64,000 bases of DNA from Zygnema circumcarinatum SAG 698-1b (lineage: Eukaryota > Plantae > Zygnematophyceae), in the NCBI GenBank assembly GCA_037447605.1, contig CM074805.1, forward strand, positions 3,443,361 through 3,507,360, written 5' to 3'. A program made the position numbers and the translations under genes. Below the pieces are notes generated by a model that searched no databases, was not told where the DNA came from, and was given only the letters and a program-made list of their open reading frames with translations. Shown here piece after piece: positions 24,498 to 36,152 of the stretch (positions are counted from its first letter, which is position 1; each line of letters begins with the position of its first letter).

Positions 24498-25490
24498 ATG
24501 GCGGGGGAAGAAGGGGAAGGGGAAAGAGATTCAGAAGGTCATCTCTGGAGGGCGGCTTCGTTATCGTTTCCGGAGTTCACGCTTGTCTACCATCATACCG
24601 TACCTTCCTCTCCCTTGCCTCCTTTAGTGTTCTTGCACGCATTTACAAGCACGGGGCCAAGGCAGCTAGGCCTTTTCTCAGCCTTGGCGGACTCGTTTTG
24701 GATCCTGCTTCCCACAGCGAGAGGCCATGGGAAATCTACTCCTATCCCGAAAGGTTCGTTCACCATGGACAAGCTTGTAGCCGACGTTGCAGCGTTCATT
24801 CAGAAAGTATTGCCGGGGGATAAAGTGTTTCTTGTAGGTCATTCTATGGGCGCTTCCACAGCTGCTAGGGTTGCCAAACAGTTTCCTTTCCTGATTCGTG
24901 GTATAGTTCTGGAGGATCCTCCATGGAGGAGGAACTCTGGAGAGCCTTTTCACCCGCCTGAGGATGATGGTCCTCTCGGCTTCCTTCGTTTCGCAGAGAA
25001 AGTGCGATCCATGTCAGATGAAGATTTTGAAAAGATAAAATCTGAATCTCCGTTTAAATTATTTCCTTCAGAAGGAAGGCCAGGTGTTGATCACGGTCGT
25101 CTGGAGAGTGGCAGTCATCGGCCAGAAGCTGAGAAGAAGAGAGAAAATGATATGCCGTCGCATGGACCAGGAAATGCACCTTTCGCACAGAGCATGCTTG
25201 AAGGACTTAGACAACTCGATGTTGAAGTTATAAAAGAGACCTTCATGGACAGGGCGGAAAGATACATTAGTGAAGCTGTTGAGGGAATCTCGGTTCCAAC
25301 ATTGCTGCTCACTGGCGAACCCGGTAAAGCACACTGTTCTCCTGATGTTGCAGCCGCGACACTAGCCACGTGGCCTAAAGGGAAGGAGCGGAACTTTCCT
25401 GGAGCTGGCCATGGTATTCATGGCGGTCCACATCAGAAGGAGTTTGTGGGGGTTCTTCGATCCTTTTTCAATGAACTGATATCTGACTGA
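24498..25490 (+). CDS. Intronless soluble alpha/beta-hydrolase, 330 aa; paralog of 885-1880
   Basis: ATG at 24498 (MAGEEG). Motifs LVFLHAF, PTARGHG, GHSMG, IVLEDPPW, VPTLLLTGE and FPGAGHGIH. Confidence 0.9.
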   Translation: MAGEEGEGERDSEGHLWRAASLSFPEFTLVYHHTVPSSPLPPLVFLHAFTSTGPRQLGLFSALADSFWILLPTARGHGKSTPIPKGSFTMDKLVADVAAFIQKVLPGDKVFLVGHSMGASTAARVAKQFPFLIRGIVLEDPPWRRNSGEPFHPPEDDGPLGFLRFAEKVRSMSDEDFEKIKSESPFKLFPSEGRPGVDHGRLESGSHRPEAEKKRENDMPSHGPGNAPFAQSMLEGLRQLDVEVIKETFMDRAERYISEAVEGISVPTLLLTGEPGKAHCSPDVAAATLATWPKGKERNFPGAGHGIHGGPHQKEFVGVLRSFFNELISD

Positions 25491-26077
25491 GGGGAGTACC
25501 GTGAGCCAATGCTACACCCAGTGTATCAACATTCTTGTTTTCCTTTTCGAGGAAAAAAAAAAAGCTGTACCGTACTAGTACTCCAATGGAGCAGGCTTGA
25601 AATACATGGTCAAATTAGAGGGGAATACTGTTTTGAAAGGAGACAGTTTTTTTTTCAATGGCAGTTTCGTAAATTTGTCTTCCAATTCTTAATTTTGACC
25701 GTTTTTCACTCACAATCGTTTTTACTATCTCTGTATCGTGAGATCGATGCCACACCTTTCTTCTGTGTATTCAATTACTGTAATTCCCGATTATGAACCG
25801 AAGTTTGCCAACATTAACATCACTGAGATTGGCACTTCTCGTCAAATGCATCACATGTATCTCCAACACCTCATCATCCATACTTCGTGAAATACAAAAG
25901 AATTTGTTTCAATTTTACTGATACATTTGCCCAAAACTTCTCAAGTTGAGGGAGCTTCACACTTCTCCCTATGAAAATAGCCCCTACCAGATAGAGCTCT
26001 CCAGGTTCGGCAGTTGTCCCACAACGTCCTACCTTGCACGGCTCGGAGAGCCTTCTGCTGACAAGCACGCGCCGGCA

Positions 26078-26129
26078 GGGGGGGGGGGGGGGGGNNNNNN
26101 NNNNGGGGGGGGGGGGGGGGGGGGGGGGG
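26078..26129. other. Poly-G tract containing a 10-N assembly gap (26095-26104)
   Basis: Ns flanked by long G runs, between the convergent hydrolase 2 and UXS 3' ends. Confidence 0.95.
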
Positions 26130-26387
26130 AAGGAGAACAGTGGGCATGCCACCCATGTACAACATCCAGCCTTTCCGCTCCGAGTGTGTGAAAAACAATG
26201 AATAAGCCATACAGCGGCTATTAACCTATCTCCTACTTTCTTCTCTCCTATGAGGCTTCATACATCTGCTTGAGTAGGCCTTGGCCATAACCGACTTGGT
26301 CAACACGAAAACATGGGCGTCTGTCAGCATGGGCATGTTCTGGTACCTCCGAGATTCAGCAATAGCACCAGCGATAGTAAGATACCT

Positions 26388-29300
26388 CTAAGCCTCCTTG
26401 CGGTCCCCGAAGATTCTGCTTCTGAAGTCCTCCACCATGAGAGGAAGGCCATCCCGGAGAGAGACCTTTGGCTCCCAGCCGAGCATACTTCTGGCCTTGC
26501 TGATGTCAGGCTTCCTCATGTGAGGATCATCCTGAGTGTTCTCTCGGAAGGTGATCTTCGCATCTGTGTCAATTGTCGTGCGTACCACCTGTTCCAACAG
26601 TCCAACGAAGGCAAATTGGTTACTTACCATAGCATAACAAAATGGCTTCACCATAGCAGACCTTGTCAGGACATGGGTCCCTCTATCAAAAGTTGTAATT
26701 CCCTAGGCCCCTGACACAATAAGCTTATAAATCCTCTACGACACCCCCAAGATATATACAATACGACAAGGACAGCTAACAATTTGGACCTGTTAAACTT
26801 CTGTGCTGAGGTTACTTGATGATTAGACCTGCTATGATAACTAAAACTGGGTGAGGCAAAGAAGGTGGGAGTGGGTGGAGCACATCTAACAGTAGACAGT
26901 AGCCGGGAGGCATACACGAGGACATCTTAATCGAAAAAGAACTCTACAAAATAATATACAATTTCTCTTTATCAAACTGCTCTTGCAATCCACCACAGTA
27001 AGGATCCCATGTTCACTTCTAAATTACTTCTGTCCTAGGAATAGCGAGTCATCATGCACGTTTGACCGGAAACAAAAGCTGCCAACAGATAGTCTAAGGA
27101 GCGAGTTTCCCATAACACACACAGAGTTTCCAGAACTAAAGAAATTAATCCAGCAAAGAACTATAAAAAACCCTTCAGTAGTACATACTAGACCAATCCT
27201 GATAACTCCTGACAAAAACATAACGAATAGCCGGCGCAAGCTGGCTTGTCTTGAAGCTGATAGTAAAAATCAACTCTGCATTTCCTTACCAAAAGTAAAG
27301 GGCCAATCATTTAACTCCCTTGGATGACTATGATTGATAAAACTAACAATGATCCCATCTGAAGTTGAAGTCAAGTCCCAGTGACGACAACCAGAAAACG
27401 GTCTAATACTATCAATGACGACAGTATCGTAAATACATTGCCCGTGATGGCATAGCTGGTAAAGTCCACTTCAAACAACTTAAAATTAAGTAGACAGTAG
27501 ATTATAATCTAGGAAAACGCTCCTATATCTTCACAATAATTTCTTTCCCTGTTTAAAACACTCACCTCTGCCAGCTCCAACATTGTAAATTCTCCAGGAT
27601 TGCCCAGGTTGAATGGGCCAATGTGCTCCCCGTCCATCAGTCTCATCAGACCCTCCACCTGCACAATTCCACGGGTTTCCCAGCTTTAAGGGCCACAAAT
27701 CTATATACCAAAAGTAGACTCTCCAAAGTCTGCACTTTGCTGTAAGAGCAAAGCAAAAGTAATGAAGGGACCACAAACATCAACACAGAGTAATGTGACT
27801 GACAGAAGCACAGTCACTACGGCAGGAAAACATGAGTCAAAGAACTCGGCCCATAACATAGGTTCAGTCTAAAGGATGTTGATCAGACAGACTAACGATA
27901 ACAGAGTTAAATGGAGCTAAAAAAAAAGTTCGAGGTGGTAAACACTGGAGTCAATACATATACTCAAACCTTCAAACTGTGGCTTCCAATTAACTTCAGG
28001 ATAACTTCCAAAGACATACAGAACTGAAGCCCTCTTTCTGACAAAGGCCCAAAACTTAAATAAGATAAGAGCACTCACCAAATCAGAAACATACTGGAAG
28101 CTGCGAGTCTGTTTGCCGTCACCATACACAGTCATTGGCTCCTTTCGCAGTGCCTGCAGAACATAACTCACAGGATTAAGAACACGACTGCTGCAGTTGC
28201 CATACCAATAAACTGAAACTTGACCTGACCCTGAGTTACAAGATGTATCACACATGCAGGAACAGACTCCCTGAAATTCTGAATCAACGTCGTAACCGGT
28301 AGGGCGTGTCAAACTTTGACATTTCGCATCGGGAATTGTTTCAAACAGTACTTTATTTGAACCTTACTTCTAAATTCGGTAGCAAGAGAGAAGTAGTTTC
28401 AAAAACTCAATTTCGAGAAATGTCAGAGCATGACACGCCTTACTGGTAATGTATGTACATGATCACGTGGCATGTATCCGTACGGAACTATACAATCATG
28501 GACCATCAATTGAACGTAGGCAATAATACCACTCTCTCAGATGACATAACAAAAAATCAAGCAAGCAATAAAGAAAGTAAGACCCACAAGAGAAAGCACG
28601 CCGCACGTCCTACAGAGGCAGTGTATCAATGTAAAGGATATCCTATATAACCTAAAACCTCCATCCAAGGATGTGCATCGCCAAATAAACTGATATTGAA
28701 CACTGGCCAAAGCTGCAGCATGCATCGCTTGAAATTCTAGAGGATCTGCTGCCATGGACTCTAAACCGGCACAAAAGCCTCATGAAGCCTCTCAGGCAAG
28801 TCCTCCACGATGACGGCCTCGCAAAGCACGCATATGTCAATTAACTAATTTTCTCATACCTGTGCAACGAAATTGCTGACCACTCGTCCATCATCAATGC
28901 ACATGCGGGGCCCGTACGTATTGAAAATGCGCGCAATGCGAACCTGCACGGTTGCGCAAAAGAAATATCGATTAAAAGTTGAAGTGGCATACTGAAAGAT
29001 AGTAAAGCACTGCTGGGCACAATCAAGAAGAGTTCCCTCAAATTTACTGGTACATTCACCTTATGTTCACGAGACGATCATCAACAGCATAATACACTGC
29101 TTCCAAGAAATAAAGCACTGAAATTCTGTGCGTAAAGGAGAGCCCTCAGACAATTACAATAGCACACGAATCTCATTAATGTTCGTACCTCCACTCCGGC
29201 TCCACGATGGTAGTCCATCGTCAAAGTCTCAGCAACACGCTTACCCTCATCGTAGCAACTGCGAACACCTGCAGGTCACAGAAGCAGATAAATTCATAAA

Positions 29301-30937
29301 AAAGCGGCCATGAATACACATCAATGGAATATAGCCGGTGACGCAAGAGAAGTGATTGGCTTCCCAATTCAATCCAAGATCGTATTTTTATTGAATTTAC
29401 ATCCCGACAAGCCAAAATGCAATTTTGGCATATGATGGTTGAAAGCAGTGACACTTCAGAGGATTAGCAGCAGAGTAAGCTACCCAAATTTGTCCGCACA
29501 GCTTGTCACAAACACGCGGACGAAAAAGGCGAAATACGATGGTACAAGGAAAGTACAGAATTCTCAAGTTATTTCACTGACCGATTGGGTTGACATTGCC
29601 CCAATATGTCTCTTTCTGTGGGTGCTCCAACGGATCTCCATAAACTTCACTGGTGCTGGTAAGCAAGAATCGTGCTCCCACACGCTTGGCAAGCCCGAGC
29701 ATGTTGAGTGTACCAACCACATTTGTCTTGTGCAAGGAGTTAAGTCAATACACAATACAAAGGTATCGAAACGGAACAAGAGCCGCCTACTGGAAATTAA
29801 TAAGTGTCCATAACCCAGCAAAATGCAAAACTGCAACGACGTCCGTGTCTGAGAGGATATGATTGTCTTCACGGGGTTGTGCTTGTAGTGCACGGGAGAA
29901 GCGGGGCAGGCCATGTGGTAGATTTGGTCAACCTCGAGCAGCAGTGGTTCAACAACGTCATGGCGAATAAGCTCAAAACGAGGATTTCCAAAGTGGTGCA
30001 TCACATTTTCCTTCCTGCCAGTGAAAAAATTGTCCACTACAATAACCTGAAACACGAGAAAGCGACGAAAACTGAAGACTTTGTCAAAAAAACACACAAT
30101 CGACGTGTTTAACGAGTTGTTCGTGTCAATCAGCCAGCCAGCCAAACGGAGTCAAAACAAGCCAAATGCTAGCCTTTAATCATAATCATCTGCGCATTTC
30201 ACACGTAGAGGAAAGCACATGTTAACAATGAGGATTTAAACATCGGACATTTACCTGATCACCTCTCTCCATGAGGCGATCCACCAAGTGACTCCCCACA
30301 AATCCCGCGCCTCCTGTGACTACTATGCGTAGAGACTTCCTCTGAATACCTTGCGGCACTCGGCTACCAACGCCAATCACTCCAGTCTTTCCTGATACAA
30401 AAGCGCCATCTTGGATTGCAAATCTGGACATCACAGGCATACATAGCACATCCATCAGATAATCAGGATCCAGCTTACATCGCACGAACCAAGATTCCTG
30501 CTTTCCATTCAAGCGTATATCCACCTTCAAACAGACTATCCTTCAGGATACGCATTTCGACTTCCATCCCGAAGGGAGCACCTACGATAGGTCCAACAAC
30601 TCATGGATCGGCAGAGATCAAAGAGAAAACGCATGTTTGAACCCATTCAGGATTCACAGAGACTATAGACATGGGAATGAGACCGTTAAAGCTGTACTTG
30701 CCTGGGAATGGCCCCATCTGTATCTCCTCCTGACGTATTGATATACACTATTTTCACTGGGTTTGGCTGAAAAACAAAGTACGCAGCCGTGATTGCCATT
30801 CCAAGGGCAACGAAGATCAACCGCTGCTCCTTAAGCAAATACTCCACAGGTTTGGGCAGATTCGACTTCTTCGAAGGCCCAGGCGCCTTGGGCGAATACG
30901 TCCCATTGTCCCGACTCCTGTGCGTGAGCCCAGCCAT
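26388..30937 (-). CDS. UXS: UDP-glucuronic acid decarboxylase (UDP-xylose synthase), membrane-anchored UXS1/2/4 type, 9 exons
   Basis: Exons 30702-30937, 30255-30423, 29861-30046, 29582-29729, 29189-29268, 28860-28943, 28079-28153, 27566-27658, 26388-26588. TM segment [16 protein letters not shown] motif [45 protein letters not shown]. Confidence 0.96.
29730..29860 (-). other. AT-AC U12-type (minor spliceosome) intron in UXS, 131 nt
   Basis: Donor ATATCCTC after NPVKTI; branch-like GACTTAAC about 10 nt before a CAC acceptor; removal restores [21 protein letters not shown]. Confidence 0.92.
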
Positions 30938-32013
30938 CTTCTCCACACCAGTTCCCACAACCTCCCTCCTCTCCCCTCTCCTCCCCTCCCTGCCCTGCCC
31001 TCTCTCTCTCCCTCTCTCCCTCTCTCCCTCTCCCTCTCCCTCTCCCTCTCCCTCTCTCCCTCTGACGCCCTGCGGATTACTGGCACGCTTCCCGATCAAC
31101 GGCCTTTGAACTTTAGGGTTGGCGCGCCACCAACCCCCCCCCGATCGGACGGTCCAGAGCGCGCGGCCGCCAACGGCAATGAATGCCGCCCGCAGGATGG
31201 CACCTGAGCCACCTGCCGCAACGACACGGGCAGCCCAAAAAACGTTTCAGCCCCTCCTTTAGCTCACCCTGGGATACTTTTCGGGCAGCGTACACGTGTC
31301 ACAGACGCATCTCCTTGAATCCACGCGTACTCGACGGTTAGGATTGGCCCCCGGGCCGCGTTCGGCGGCTCACGGTCAGGCGGCGGCAACCTCCTCGGGC
31401 GCTCTGTTGCGGCCGCCGGGCGGCAGCAGGAGACAGCTGGCGGACGGCGAGAGGCCGGAAAGGAACCGTTGGCCGTACGGCCGCGGGACGGTCCCCGCCA
31501 GCACGCGCCGAGTCCCCCGGGGGACTTCTAGGACCGCCGGGGCCCGCTGGTACGGGACGGGACGGGACGGGCGGTGGCGGAGCTGAGCTCGCTCTGAGGG
31601 AGGGAGGGAGGGCTTGGCTGGCGAATTCATTGTTTCTCATAGGCGAGAGCCTCCATCTGAAACACCAAACCTTACATGGAACTTGCACGATATGGAGACG
31701 ATACCCAACAAGGAGGAAGAGTTGACGCACACGGTGCTGTACTCTTAAAGCGAAGTCGTTGTACAAGTATTGACTAAAAGAAAGGTGTTCGAGTTTACTT
31801 AAGTTACACAGAGCCTTCCAGGCGTCCAACCAGCTATTTCGCTGCTTCCCACAGAACAAATACTCCTAAATTCGTACGCAAAGACAGTTAAGGCCAATAG
31901 CCATTCCATTAAATGTACACTCCCTACCTATCTATGCGCCAGTGAGAAGATACAAGTAGTCACGAGAAAAAGGAGAAGAAGTGAAGGTGCTCTCATCCCC
32001 TCCGCTCCCTCCC

Positions 32014-34896
32014 TCACAAAGTCGTCTTCAGAAACTCCTCCAACTGAGGGAGAACATCTTCCGGGTACTCCTCGTGCGGCAGCAGCCCCCCCCTCACTGC
32101 CCCGAACCTTGTCACCCCCTTGGCCCCCTCCAACGCCTGCATCTCCGCCTTCGATCGCCGGGGGCCCTTCTTAGCACTAAGAACCAACACAGGGATGCCC
32201 TTCGCCTCCATGGCTGCGAAAAGCTCCAAGAATTCTTCCCTGGTGGAGACAGCGTCCAGTTCGCCGCTTAAAAAGGATGCGGGAGCAAAGCGTGCACCTT
32301 CTCTCTTTGTGAGCTCGGTTCGCTTCTCGAGAATTTCCGGCGTGACATTGTCCGGCTCGGCGTAGACATGAGTGAGGTACTGCATGCGCATGTTCTTGGG
32401 GCTCGTCAGCAGATAGTTGTAGAGGGCCCAGCCAACACCTGGGGACCGGATTGCGTTTCGCAGAAGGGAGTATCTGAGACACCCCTCCAACCCCCCAAAA
32501 CAAGCCGACTTTTAGTTAGAGAACACAACTTTGATGATGGCCTTTGCAGGATTGGACAAAGTGAGATTTTCTCCCTCACACTAAAGAACTCATATCAGTG
32601 AAGACCAAGAGTGCCAAGTTTCAGACCTGAACTCCATTTTCTCAGACTTTCCGAACACAATTGGGAGCGGTCCACCCCACGTCGGAGCCACAGCCGCAAC
32701 AGCAGATGGCGTCAGAAGGTTCCTGGAAGCTGCTCGAAGCACCGCCGTGGCAGCGTGACCCGCACCAATAAAAATGGGATTTTTCTCTCCCTCTGTTTCA
32801 GGAAAAGGAGAGAGGGGAGAGAGAGAGAGCTAGAGTTAGAGAGAGTGAGAGGGGAGCGAGAGAGAAAGGCGGAAGGGAGGATGTGCGAGCGAGTGTGAGA
32901 GGGAAAGGGAGAGAGACGGTGCGTGTGAGAGGGTTGACGGAGAGGGAGAAGGAGAGAAAAAGAGGTGGTGTAGGAAAGTGGGAGAGGGGAGAGAAAGAGG
33001 GGGGAAAGGAGAGAAAAGGAGGCGGAAAATTAGGGCCCACAACCCAGTCAGTAATCGGTGATCGACTCTTCTCTCCTAAATGTCACCCTTCGAAGAAATA
33101 GAGGGCTGGTGCTGAATTAATAACATACTCATATGAGAAACCAAATCTACAAAGTCAGCAGTGGGTTTGTAATCACATCAATCCCGGTTTTCTGGTGGGA
33201 GCAATCCTTCAGTATTACTGCGGCTACTCTTCATGAGACTCTCCCGTAGAGCGGCCGTGTGTTGAAAAGACAAAAAGTGAAGGGGTCAAGATGACTCGAG
33301 CTAAGGCATTCAAACTTTTAAAATCAGTCAGCGTCTTTTCCTAATCTCATTGTTCTATTCGTTCTCTGACTAAATGCTGAAACCAAAAAAATCAGTTCTC
33401 CTTCATTCTTAACACACTTCGAGGTGTGCGCCTCCCAGATCAGTCTGCAATCGCTCAGTTATCTCAATCGCAATTGATCAGTTTGGCGCTTACTCAATGG
33501 ACCATCCGGAGCTGCGCATAAATCCTTCAGGAACTGCTCCATTACATCTGCTGTGTAATTGAGTGGAGGCCTATCTGAACTTCCGAAGCCTGGCCAGTCA
33601 ATGACTGTCACTCGTCTCTCTTTCGCCAAAGCAGAAGCCACATCGGCCCACTCCTCCACTGTGCTCACATCTGAATATGCCGGCAAAAAGACAAGGGGCG
33701 GAGCATCGCTAGGCGCTATGCTGCCCTTATGCTCCACATAGTTAATGCTTATTGGCTGACCATTATACTGCCAGACCCATCTTCCACTCCCAACCTGCAG
33801 CCAAAGGAAACTTTTGAACTCAGGCAACGGTGTGTGAGATCGAATAGGTGCGAAAAAAGCCTCTAGCCACGCAAGGTGGACGAAAGATTCTCCTACAAAA
33901 TAAATCTGAGAACTTGCCCAGGTGTTGAAGTCCTAATCAGTTGAAGTGAGGAATGGAAACAGGCCAACTCTAGGGAGGTGGTCCCGCAACCGCAAAAAGC
34001 TTGTTGCAAAGCATTGACCTCACTAACTGGGGGGCTTAACATCAATGCAAGTGGTGAAAGGAAACTGTTCACTGAAAAACACATCATTGCAGCAATTGTC
34101 TCGTTGAATTAATCTCTGTACGAAAATGGACGCTATCGCCAATCTCTATAGACAAAAAGTATCTGATCTTGTCGTTCTAATAAGTACACTTTCTTACCGT
34201 TCAGTATGCTTCTATAGTCATGGCAACGCTACTACTAGAATAGTTGGGCAATAGGTGTGCTATTAGACCTTTCATCTGTTTTACAATTTTTTTTGAAGTG
34301 AGTATGATTCCACGATGCCCCTGTATTCAGTAATTAGACTTTCCCGCCATTCACACGGTGCAAATCTTCGACTTCTCCTTAGCGCAGCTAGACTCCGTGA
34401 AACCTCCTTCATTTAGCCATGATTTACTCCGCGGTCGGCCCCCTCCTCGCAATGAACTCTGGACTGTTCTCAGCTCGCAACAATAGTCAGCGTATCATTG
34501 AGGCGATAGTAAGCTAACCTAAAATTCAATCACCGGCCCAATGCTAACTGCTGCCCTCACCGTGGTTTCGTGCTTTCCACGTCTTGTCTCCTCTAGCACA
34601 GCCACGTCAGCCGCGCTTGCATGGATTGCCCCGTACTGCTCCACAGCCCTGTAAGGCCTTCTTTTGCATCTAATTTGGTCATGTCTTCCCAGAAGTCGAA
34701 AGAGAGAAGGGCGAGATTCAGATGTGGGGTATGAATGTGAAAGGATGGGAGCAGCCCATGCAGGCGCTCCAAGCGAGCGACTTGCAAGAAGAGCTCTGGC
34801 ATGGGAAGCAGCAGCTACTTGATTCGGGGAGACTACGGATGGTAGTCGCAGGGCCATAGAAGCTGCAGAGGTTGCAGGAAGAGCCATGGCTGCCAT
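32014..34896 (-). CDS. Plastid-targeted alpha/beta-hydrolase-fold protein (Arabidopsis At1g74640-like), 4 exons
   Basis: Exons ~34561-34896 (Ala/Ser-rich transit peptide), 33494-33794 (SDVSTVEEW, IDWPGFGSSDRP), 32627-32792 (GAGHAAT, APTWGGPLPIVFG), 32014-32473 (PRRSKAEM, LLPHEEYP). Confidence 0.9.
32805..33030. repeat. (GA)-rich low-complexity tract in an intron of the At1g74640-like gene
   Basis: About 225 bp of almost only G/A on the + strand. Confidence 0.8.
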
Positions 34897-35331
34897 GAAA
34901 TGGAGGAACAAACATCGGTCTTAAACCATTACTCAGAAACAACGTCAACTCTCAAGAACTGGAGACTTAAAATTCCAAGTTACAAGGCACTGCACCGACA
35001 GAAAGCATTCATAAGCTAGTCACAATATGCTCAATGTCACACATCCGAACACAATGGTGTCCACACATGCTTAGGTTCAGCGAGACCGATACCTTACCGG
35101 CGTGCAGCAGAGACCCCGGTTGCCTGTTCGATGCCGAGGAGCTCCAAATATCTCTCGACGGAACACTCTCCTGCGCTTCACCTCGGCAAGGTCGAGGTTC
35201 GTCCCTCCCTCCCTCCCCGCAGCGGCCGCTCTCCCTGCCCCATTACATGCTGTGCGACGTGGAAGGCGCTGACTGGGCCACGTCTGCACCTCTACGCTGA
35301 TGAGTGCCATTTCGTACGGTCACCAGAGGAG

Positions 35332-35353
35332 GCCACGTGGCGGGCCACGTGGC
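35332..35353. promoter_or_regulatory. Twin perfect G-box palindromes (GCCACGTGGC x2) in the divergent hydrolase 3 / SCNM1 promoter
   Basis: GCCACGTGGC at 35332-35341 and 35344-35353. Function is inferred from known bZIP/bHLH G-box (ABRE-like) specificity. Confidence 0.55.
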
Positions 35354-36152
35354 GCCGGGCCTTCCAGGCGCCTCCTCCCGTTCAGGCCGATACTATATCG
35401 ATTCGTACCGTATCGTACGGTACTGTGGCGTATTATCTTGTATCGTTGATGTTGTATCGTATCGTTACCTTGCTGTATTGCTCAGTACTGTATCGTAACG
35501 CGCTGTATCGTATCTTGCAGTAGCGTATCTTTTCGTATCGTGTTGTCGCGTGGGAATATCGCGATATATTGTCAGGATTTATTTTCGCGGAGTCGCCCAT
35601 GGCAGGCATGCAGGCCGGCAGGCAGCTCCTCACACCGTTGAAGGTGGCGTGAGAAGGCTGCCGGGGTAGCCTTTCAGCAGGTAAGGATCATGAGGAAGCA
35701 GGACGAGCTGCAGAAAGGTGGTCATTTCGTTAAAGGAGAGTCTATATGTCTCTGTTGTCGCATCTCAGGCTGTGAACTAGAATTTTCATGCAACGTTCGT
35801 TTTGCGATTGAAAACAATTCGGCATCGGAAGTGAGCTTGTTACGGATGTTTTCTGGATAGGGCTATGTTGCTTTGAGAAGAGAGACTGGCTTAGGACATT
35901 GTGTTTGGGCTAATAATCAATTTATTAAACTTATGTGGTACCTCAACCTAAATGTTGCGTGTTTTGTCCTGACGGTAAGTCTTTTAAGGATTGAAGGATT
36001 CAAGATGTCCTCGTGCTCCATCATTCGCGAAGAACTTGTCGTTTCTGATTAACTGCCTCGCTTGGCCTTTTCACACCCATTTCTTCGCGCTTGTCCCACA
36101 CTTACTACAACAACCTTGCCTGTTGTTCTGCAGGTTCTTCAGGCACTTTGGA

